Positions 1-9,559 of a stretch of DNA of 20,000 nt are shown here, piece by piece. Origin of the DNA: Ancylonema sp. (lineage: Eukaryota); contig JBFLGF010000126.1 of assembly GCA_050230475.1 (NCBI GenBank), forward strand, positions 54,700 through 74,699, given 5' to 3'. The notes below the pieces were generated by a model that did not search any database, was not told where the DNA came from, and saw only the letters and a list, made by a program, of their open reading frames with translations. Position 1 is the stretch's first letter. The number at the start of each line of letters is the position of its first letter. Made by a program: the position numbers and the translations under genes.

Positions 1-298
1 GTTTCTCGTGACTCGTATGTGAGGAGTTGGAAGCTGTCGTGAAATCAAGGGCACCGACACACATTATCTTACGTTACACTTAATTTAGGAGACTGCTGAA
101 TATTCTGTCTCGGTGTGGATGCGACTTTTCATTTTCACGAACTCGCGTGTGGTCAAGGCATAGGCGGTCAGTCGGTATGTGGCTGTGCACCCTCGCGTAG
201 CTGTATCCTCGCATAGCTTTGGTAACGTTTTGAAAGGAGGAAATTAAGAGGATTGCCGCTGTAAGCAACCCCTGCCTGTTTCGGCTCTCCATCTAGCC

Positions 299-3200
299 AT
301 GCAGACCCTCTTGCGCACCTCGTTATTGCCTCTTTATCGTGTGGGTTCCTCCACAGACTCGCTTTCTGCCGGTCAATTGGCAAATAGCAGCTGTGATGTG
401 CGATTAATACCCACCGCTCGTGCCGTCTCTTCCTCCTCCGACTCTTCCTCCGTTACCTCGGTCACAAATACGTGGCCATCTCTCCGGAAATCGAATCCCA
501 TGGAGGCCCGCATCGAGCGGGCACGCAGCCAGGATGGCACTAGCGAAAAATTTGACGACGAAGGTGACGTGTTCGCGTGGGGCTCCGACAAACCTCGCGA
601 AGAATGTGGCGTAGTCGGTATTTTCGGTGACTCTGAAGCTAGCCGGTTATGTTATTTGGCCCTGCATGCTCTGCAGCACCGGGGGCAAGAGGGGGCGGGT
701 ATCGTGGTTTGCAACGAGGAGGGTCAGATGAGGTCCACCACGGGAATGGGGCTCGTGTCAGAAGTGTTCGACAACAAAAAAATGGAGGAGCTGGAAGGCA
801 CGTCAGCAGTTGGACACGTGCGGTATGCCACAGCCGGGGCCAGCGTTTTGAAAAACGTTCAGGTGAATACAACATGTGTTGACGCTTCCCCTCATTTTTT
901 GGCTCCAATGCCTAGCATTCTACGAATTTTGTATCGATTGTCGTTATAGCACTGGTCGTTTAAGGACATTCCTTGCTGAGCTGTCGCACCGAAGCAGAAG
1001 GAACAAGCAGCGGGTCATTGGTCCCCCATTCCTCCTACCCCATAGTATGCCATCCCTACCCCCCTGAATCAGATTACTCTTCAAGCTAATATTTTGGGTT
1101 GTGGAAAGTTCCTCGCAATTTCGAGGGGGGATGCTTGGTGGCATAGAGCTGGGAATTGGCAAGGCCAGAAGTCCACTTCCCACAGAACTGAAACGGACTC
1201 CTAGAATACGTACGAAACACGTTCCTCTGACCCATCCCTTCCCATCCCCTCTCTCCCATCCCCTTCCCAGCCCTTTGTCGCTGGCTACCGATTCGGTGCC
1301 GTTGCAGTCGCTCACAACGGGAACTTAGTGAACTACGAAGAGCTCCACTCGATGCTGGAAGACAAGGGGTCCATTTTCAACACCTCCTCCGACACCGAAG
1401 TGATTCTGCACCTTATCGCCATGTCCCCCGTGCGCCCCTTCATTTCCCGTCTCACCAGCGCCTGCGAACAGCTGGAGGGCGCCTACTCGCTCGTCTTCCT
1501 CACCGAAGACAAGCTAGTGGCTGTCCGAGATCCCTACGGCTTCCGCCCCCTCGTGATGGGTCGTAGGGACAACGGAGCCGTCGTGTTTGCGTCAGAGACG
1601 TGTGCCTTAGACCTCATCGGGGCTGTTTACGAGAGGGAGGTGAACCCCGGGGAGGTGGTTGTGGTGGATAAAGATGGCATCAGCACTCTCTGCCTCATGC
1701 CCCACCGCCAGCGGAAGGCGTGCATCTTTGAACACATCTACTTTGCGCTGCCCAACTCCATCGTATTCGGGCGCTCTGTTTACGAGGTGAGGATGTGCCT
1801 GTCATATCCTGTGTTGGATGGGATTGGTATATACAGTGGGGGCTGCAGCACCACCTTTGTGCAAGTGAACCCGTTCTTATCCTGCTTACACCACACAGGC
1901 GCCTCTGGTCCTTCGATGGCCTCCATGTCTGTAGCCTTTGGCTGTGCTGCAGCTGTGCTACAGCTGAGGTGCACACATCATACGGTTTCTGTCAGTGCCT
2001 CATGTCCCCCATTCCCCCTTTTGCATCCCGCTGATTATAACCGCCTACACTCATCCTGAGCCCTACCCCTCCGCCTTCGCATTTCTGCCCACCCAATCTC
2101 TTTTACCCCCCCACCCCTCCCCACCTTACCCCCCCCACCCTGCTCCCCACCCCCTCCCCCCCCCACAGTCTCGCTACGAATTCGGTCAAATCCTGGCCCG
2201 CCAATCCCCCGCCGAGTGTGACGTGGTGATCGCCGTGCCAGACTCGGGCGTGGTCGCAGCCCTGGGGTTTGCAGCCGAGCTGGGGGTGCCTTTCCAGCAG
2301 GGCCTCATTCGATCCCACTATGTGGGGCGGACGTTCATTGAACCCAGTCAGAAGATTCGGGATTTCGGAGTCAAGCTGAAGCTGGCGCCTGTGCAGGCTG
2401 TGCTCAAGGTATGTGGAGGGGCAGGGCGGGCTGGGGGGGAGCTGGGGGCTGGAAGAGGTATCCTACAAGAGGGGGGAGATATGGGGGTGGGGGGAAGGAA
2501 AGGAGGTGAAAGGTCGTAGAGGGTAGGTGAGGTAGTATGAATACATTTTGACCTGGGGGTAAAATTATCTGAAGACAGGGGAGGAGAGCGCGTGGAGGGG
2601 GGGGGAAGAGAATGGGAGGGTAGGAAATGCTGCGGCGGTCTGAACAGGACGGGTGAGATCTGTGGGTTCACAATCTGCTCTGTTTGTTTCTCCTGGTGCC
2701 TGACACCTGGTATTCGTCCTCATTTCGGTTCTGGGTTCAGGGCAAGCGCGTGGTGGTGGTGGATGACAGCATTGTGCGAGGGACCACTTCCTCCAAAATC
2801 GTGAGACTCATAAAAGAGGCGGGGGCAACCGAGGTGCATATGCGGATCGCCAGCCCGCCCATGATCGCCTCCTGCTACTATGGCGTGGACACGCCTTCAA
2901 GGACTGTGAGTACGCAATGGGGGGTGGGCGGAGGGAGGGGTATGTGAGGTTTCAGTACGGCGTGAAAGGCAGGGAAAGGCGCAAATGAATGAGGAGAAGA
3001 GAACTGAGAAATAGGGACGAAAATGTGTGAACAAATGCACGGTGAGTAGATGTAAAGCAGTTTTTCTCTCATGGGACGTGCAGGAATTGATCTCGTATCG
3101 CCTGAATGTAGAGGAGACGCGGCAGTACATCCGCGCAGACTCGCTGGCTTTCCTCCCACTGGAGGATTTACACGGGATGCTTGGTGAAGAGGCCCCCACG

Positions 3201-3365
3201 TTCTGCGACGCGTGTCTTTCGGGGACGTATCCCGTGCCGCCAACTAATGTGGAGGTGGCCCCAAAGATGCTGACAGGTGGCAGGTTGCTAGAGGAGGCGC
3301 ACAGTGAGGCAGAGGCTGGGGAGGTGCAAAAAGGGGCGGCTAATGTGCCCATCCCAGTCTCGTAA
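299..3365 (+). CDS. purF: Amidophosphoribosyltransferase (glutamine PRPP amidotransferase, ATase/ASE), plastid-targeted; 5 exons, about 588 aa
   Basis: Exons 299-862, 1271-1786, 2169-2408, 2741-2905 and 3084-3365 join in frame through GT-AG introns, all phase 0. Motifs: [11 protein letters not shown] (N-terminal nucleophile Cys), [62 protein letters not shown] loop [20 protein letters not shown] and FCDAC (Fe-S type). The Ser-rich N-terminus of about 100 aa fits a transit peptide plus propeptide. Confidence 0.97.
2095..2168 (+). repeat. C-rich low-complexity tract at the 3' end of ATase intron 2 (G-quadruplex-capable on the minus strand)
   Basis: Runs of C4-C9 separated by 1-5 nt immediately upstream of the CAG acceptor at 2166-2168. 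Confidence 0.8.
2418..2620 (+). repeat. G-rich low-complexity tract at the 5' end of ATase intron 3, with a canonical G-quadruplex motif
   Basis: GGGGcaGGGcGGGctGGGGGGGagctGGGGG at 2418-2448 and further G-runs to about 2620. Confidence 0.8.
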
Positions 3366-4656
3366 TAATTTGTTACAGGGTTATTTTGTGTACGGGATTA
3401 TTTTTGATTCCAGGGGTGGCTTGAAAGGGGTGGGGCTTTAGGTAAAAAATTACCCAACGCGATAGGCGTGGAGTCTTTGTAGAATGTTTTTGTAGAACCT
3501 GGTTTTGGGTCCATGTTTACTGAAGGCTTTGTGACGCTTAAATCAAGGAATGTACGGAGAGAAAGTATGGTAGGTTTATAGCGGGTAGGTAGACTCCTTT
3601 TCCTTTGTTTCTACGCGGTCAAAACAATGAGGCACACTACGGTGGGAGATGTATGGAAGGAAAAAAATCCAAGTGATGCTTTTCAAAGAAACAGAAGCCA
3701 ATTCGAATGCGGATCTTTTATGGAATACCATACAATACTACTCATACGTAAAGTACGCCAACAAAAAACATACATTGAACATACCCATGTGATCCACCCC
3801 AAAACTCCACATAGATTGAAAGTGTACTGCGTATATGCACACCTTAGTTGACGCAACTATCGCGTGATGGTTAGCCACATCCCCATCCACATATTCGTTA
3901 TGCAGTTGTTGTCTTCCCCCTTCCATCTCTAAACGATCGAATTCCTGCAGGAACAGCATTGTTTCGTCAAAAAAGAATACAGCAGTCCGCAATGTTAGAG
4001 AGCATGTTGTTGACGAATCGACTATCAAGCTCTTGCTCACAATTTACAGCCAATTTTGCGTTGACTATGTTCTCCACGATAATTTTGACGATTGCGTACT
4101 CTTCGTTAATCCAACACGACTATTTCAACATTTCACAACTATCGAACAACTCTACTAATCACTACTATGTATCCGTCGATTCATCGCTGTATTACAAGAT
4201 TAACGCATTCGAGTAATTGTTGCTCACAATGTCACTTGCGCACGTGTACTTTGCCACTTCAACGACCGCGTAGGAGGATATGGGAGCTTATACTCGACGC
4301 GTATAGCAACACCACTTTCAATTCTATTTTTGAAAAACGCTTATTTCTTTGTCGCACGTATTCCACCCTTATCAACACTAAACTAGATTTTGTCGACGAG
4401 ACGAAACACTTTGTCGATTGCATGAATAGGCGCACAATATTAAGAACGAAAGGAATTCAAATATTGTGTGCACGATCCTTGCAAAGTGTTAGAGGCCAAC
4501 ACAGCAACACCATTTTGAAAATTGTCAAAATTTGTCACGTACGAAACTAATGGGATGCGCATAGAGCTTGTTGTCTCCTTTTCTGAGATGCCAAGAGCAT
4601 CAGCGCAGCATGTACGAAACGACCTTAACAAACCGCAAAGAGAAACGGATGGTATG

Positions 4657-4691
4657 TGCAAGTTCGCCAACGGTGTATGCAAGTTCGCCAA
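4657..4691 (+). repeat. Short tandem duplication, 21-nt period
   Basis: TGCAAGTTCGCCAA occurs exactly at 4657-4670 and 4678-4691. Confidence 0.85.
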
Positions 4692-5650
4692 TGCGTCACC
4701 ATGCTACTATTTTTTTACTAGCTTCAAAATATGGAATCGGATTGAATGCAGAAAAATAAAACTGGCGTAAGAGTAAATTTGAAAATGTGTGAGATTCCCC
4801 GTTCGATAGATTAGACTAGCGAAGCATCGACAAAGAAGATTAGAGCATCGGACGTTGTGCTGTGGACGTACTACCCCCCCTCCTTACCAATATTACGCAT
4901 GACAGATAAGTATTGAGGAAATATGGTACAAAAATCGGATCATGTTGGGCCTAATGCTAGGAAACCACATCGAGTTGGAATGAGCAAGCAAGCTCATCGC
5001 AATCGTACTAAAAGATATCGGCACAACTCAAGGAAGCGGAAGGATGAATAGGATGCGGTCATGTTAGTGAGCAAACATGCACATAGATACTGAATAATTT
5101 GTCGCTCAAAGCTTACGGTCAGTGTGGTCACGGTGACACACATAGACATGATTGTTTTTTGCGCAGCCAAAAGCAGCCTAACACAATCTTCAATTGATAG
5201 ACTGTACCGATATATCCACACAGGTCGATGCTCAGCCTTCAATACGCTATCTGGTTACGTCGACTGATGTATCATTCTACTCCGGTCATAGCTCGACATA
5301 TTGTCACATCGACACATCAGCCTGATCGTCGATCTCAGCACGAATAAAGGAATGATATTCCAATCTAGAATATTTCTGTCACATCCTCTTGGGCAGAATT
5401 GACATTTGGCAATAATATCGCAGAGCTTCACCCTGATTGGGGTATATCGATTCAGGTTTGAGCAAGTCAGAAATAGTTGTAGAAGTAGAATAACAGAAAT
5501 AGTAGTAGAAATGACTTTCTCCACCACATTCGGCAGATAACTCAAAAGGAATTTCCCTCCTGTGCTTCTGGAATGTCTCGTGTTCGTATATCGCAAGTAT
5601 AGCGCAGGCACCCAGGTTTTCTGAAACAGGTCCACGGTCTAGCAGTAATC

Positions 5651-8437
5651 ATGGCTGCAGCAACGTCGAGTGCTTCGACGATGTCAGAGCGCATTCAAAG
5701 TAAGAATTTTCGTCGACATAAAAAAGACATGCAGTAATCTTCCTTGTTCCCGGATTCCCGAACCACTATGCGTATGAATCCGTGTGATATACAAGATTCA
5801 CAGCTCTTTGTGTCCTGGATTTGATATGTTTTATTTTTGACATCGATGTGCAGCATGCGTGCGCTTGCTTGTCCGTGACATAAACGACGGTCAACTTCCG
5901 GAAATCGTGGTATCCAGATATAGAGCAAGAGAAGGAGCGTCAGATTCCCTGGACACCACAAAGCACAGAAGTATATATGAAAAATCAGAGTCAAAGTGGA
6001 TATTGAGCGTTCGGCGCAGCTCTGTCGCGACACCGAGTAGGCTAGGTTTGGACTTCGTCATTTGGTCAGACCCTTCTAAAGATTTCTTCTTCGAGCTATT
6101 GTTTGGTGCAGTAATATCCTATTGTTCTCCTCGTTATCTTACTCGTTTTTTTGAACAACCTCGATATCCTACCAAGTTGTTTGTGGATGCAGTTGCATTT
6201 CTTGGCGTCCTCAAGATTGTTCAGGAGCTCTTGTTCCAAAAAAAACACGCAACAAAACGAGATGTCTACTACACAAACACTACGTTGTTTAAAGGTACTG
6301 GCCAAATCAATGTAAAAGAAGTTGTACTTTGTAAGTAGATACTCTGAGCATCAACCAGAGGTCGAGGATGCTGACATCACTATCAGATTTCACAGCAGTC
6401 GTATTTCTATCACGCAGATCAGATCATGGTCGATAGAGCACTCATCGACATCGGAATATACTTCAAGTGCCCACGGTCCGAGCTGAACGTGGTAAAGTGA
6501 ACCGAGCACCACGAGTTTTTATGCGATCGGCTCTGGTAACTCTAACTTTTCCGATCCGTCCCCGGCGTGTATTTCAGGTCTCCTCTTGCAAAGGGTACAT
6601 CCACGTCCTCCGTAAATTCGACGATAATAATCTATACTTTCGAGCAAAAGTATACAATATTGAGGGCTGGTCGACATTCCTCGATTTTTCCGTGGATTAT
6701 GGTTATGTCGATCGGATCGAGTCGAGGAATGTCATGCACTCCTCTGACCTTGGGTGTCCTTTTTTCATGCATCACAACCAGGCTAGTCATGGGGCAGCTG
6801 AAGTACAAGGAGCAGGGCCAATTGGTGGACTGCTCGCAATGCACAAACACTGTGAGGGGGGAACTTTTCAAATGATACGCCATTCAAGATTTATAGCGTG
6901 TAGGGTGAAGTTTCTGAATGCCTTCGATTGTCTCTGACTATAAGGCATCCTTGCATTGCAGGGTATTGGTATTCCTTCATTTCTTTCCCACATAACAGGT
7001 GAGATATTGAAAAAAAAAAAAACTGAATCCAGGGATGGTGCCCGAACTAATTAAGGCATCGTACAGTACATCATTTTTAAATACCTAAGACAACGGAACC
7101 GGTCATGTCTATCCCTATGACATTATGCGGTCAGATATATGCCAGAAGCTATCAAAATTTTGAGAATGTCGAGTCTGCATCACTAATCTTAATTGTGTCG
7201 GAAGTCATACATGTGTGTTGCGCAGACATGTCATCCACTGCTAAGTACGTTCTCCTACTTGAGAAGGAGACAGGTACTTTCAGCAGACCCTCTATATGCG
7301 CGCTAGTCACTAGACGCTTGTCAGTCGGTGATATGAACAGGCATGTGTGAATTTGCGGGCTATCGATCATCCCACGTACATACTCTAAACGTATATGGAT
7401 GACCCTGGATCCTGACATGTCAGCATACAAAAGGGTACAAGACATGTACTCACATTCAAATAATTCACATTGTTGTTGCCTCCAGCATTTTTGAGGCTGG
7501 CAGACGATGGCTTTTGTGAAAAAAACGACGCAATTGTTTTGACGGTAGGATTATGGCGCTCTAACCTCCGCTCACTTTTCTTGCACTGACGACTGAAATG
7601 TTAACCACGATAAATTCAGATACGGCTCGCCTTTGCTGCAGGGTAAAGGGTATCCAGATGTTGCAACCAGGCTCTTTCTCCGACTGTTGTCCGAAAAACT
7701 AGCCATTCCGCTGTTTGGGGTAACCGACGGTGATCCACATGGGCTTGACATCATGTGCACATACAGATTCGGAAGTCTGGTGAGGTCTGGTGGTTCGCTT
7801 TGTCGGCAACAGTAGGGACCATGTGCTGATGCTGTGTTCCTTCTCCCCGAGTAGCAAATGGCTCACGATGCACACAACCTGGCCACACCTCGTCTCCAGT
7901 GGATGGGCGTCTTTCCTGCTGATGTGAAACAATTTGGCATACCAGCTCGATGCTGTCTACCCTTGAGCAAACGAGGTATTCTATAGCAATCCAACAGAAA
8001 AGTCTCCAGGAATCTTAGTGGGCGAAGAATCCAAAAATGAGTCCACAGTTCGTATCATTCAGTCATTTATTACGAGTGCCGTGTTATTTCACTTGCCTCC
8101 TCGATCTTCCGACTGCAGACATGTCAAAAGGGGAGGCCCTGTTGAAACGGGAATACTTGAGGTCCTCGGCACCTTCTTGGTGGTAAGTCTATCTCTCCCC
8201 CACCAAACATTTATGAATGCCGCAGTATTCGATGATCATCATGCAGTAATAAGATTGTGTTGTTCAATGCGTCGGTTTTTATGTACACCACTGTGCAGCC
8301 GACATATGCAAGAAATGCTGGACCATGGATGGAAGGTAGAAATTGAAGCTTTGGCAGCTGTGGGTATGACCATGCTGTCAGACGTGTACTTGCCCAGCAA
8401 AGTTAGAGAACAGTTTCTTGTTAGATCTTACAAGTAA
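5651..8437 (+). CDS. SPO11-1: Meiotic recombination protein SPO11-1 (topoisomerase VIA-like); 13 exons, about 369 aa
   Basis: Exons 5651-5699, 5854-6045, 6193-6294, 6418-6491, 6578-6594, 6782-6851, 6962-6998, 7226-7273, 7486-7544, 7642-7779, 7855-7975, 8119-8182 and 8299-8437, all GT-AG and in frame (1110 nt). Contains the catalytic-Tyr motif TKRDVYY, Toprim EKET, GKGYPDVATR, DxD motif DGDPHG, TYRFGS-QMAHD and KVEIEAL...LSDVYLPSK. From recall, the sequence is collinear with the plant SPO11-1 type rather than SPO11-2 or TOP6A. Confidence 0.93.
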
Positions 8438-9142
8438 AGAGCTTTATATATTTGAAGATACCTACTTGGCACTCGCACAGGTGTTGGGCTCTTGATGTAG
8501 AGACATGTCTATGTAACAAGAAGAGAGGAATACCACTTTGTACCACTAAGATGCCCCATGTCACTCACCGAGATTTCATTGATTGGGAAACCGAGTCCAG
8601 GTAGTGGCCAAAATCTCGACTGCCTCAAGATTTTTTGTGTTCTTTATGAATCTTTGGGCGCATTTGTATGGTTCCTCTATTCCAAATCATTGCAATTTCC
8701 CAATGACCACACTTGTTACGTTTGATACCACTCTGCATGGACATTCGAGCAAAAGACATGAAGACCATGGTAGTTAAAAACAGATCGCAGTTCACGAGCA
8801 GAACTGGGCATACGATTTGTAGGTTTAGTAGACAATGATCCACAACCACCTCGCTATCGGCCTCTTTGTAAGGAAGAAGATGTAATTTCATTATTGGCTC
8901 TCAACAAAACTACAGCTTAAAGGCTAGGCACCAGGGGGTGCCTCAACAACACAACTCTTGTCGGTACCTGAGATCCAATGTTCTACATATGTGTACCGAG
9001 ATGACAGCAAGATGAAAGTAGAATCCATAATTTTGTTTGCCTACGTCTTTCCTTACCTATCAGTGACCAGATTTCTCCAAAATAGAGAAGGTCATAGATC
9101 CTCATTCCTGAACCAAAAGCCTACCACAGGCAGCGGATAAAC

Positions 9143-9234
9143 CTGATGAAAAAACAGAAACTACTCAAATCTGCCAAATTGCCAGCAGAAGAAGACCATC
9201 TACCCCACTTCTCTACCTCACAACCTAAACATAC
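9143..9234 (-). other. Putative 92-nt 3'UTR intron of the TLP gene
   Basis: On the minus strand, donor AAG|GTATGT at 9234 and acceptor TTTCTGTTTTTTCATCAG|G ending at 9143, about 325 nt downstream of the TLP stop codon. Confidence 0.5.
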
Positions 9235-9559
9235 CTTTCCCTTCTCTACTGAGAACCAACTTTGACTCAGCTATGTTAGATCGAAGTCAGTTCTGGCTGT
9301 AGCAGCCACAACAACATCCAACCATCCTCTAAGCTGGACTGCAGCGGAGACAGGCGGGAATACTTCCCGCCAATAGACTCCTCCCCCCACAGCACATCGA
9401 CTTGTCCCACTACACCCAACCAGGTGGTCGCCGCTGCCAATCGCAACCTTTCGCTACAAAGGTATTCCAATTCCAAATCATCTTATCCCCACCAAAATCC
9501 TTCTCTCTCCTCCACCAATGACCCCTCCGTACAGTCACATCCTTGAAGCCAAAAATTCA

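Noticed and set aside
119..163. Short upstream ORF (MRLFIFTNSRVVKA) before ATase
   Set aside because: The TSS is unknown, there is no conservation evidence, and an ORF this short is expected by chance.
373..3352. Many antisense and alternate-frame ORFs over the ATase gene, including Pro-rich and Gly-rich ones
   Set aside because: They are shadows of GC-rich exons and of the C- and G-rich intron tracts, with no independent protein motifs.
7010..7022. Poly(A) run in SPO11-1 intron 7
   Set aside because: A simple homopolymer with no TSD or SINE body.
8583..9476. Short ORFs between SPO11-1 and TLP
   Set aside because: No recognisable domains. The region is explained as convergent 3'UTRs.
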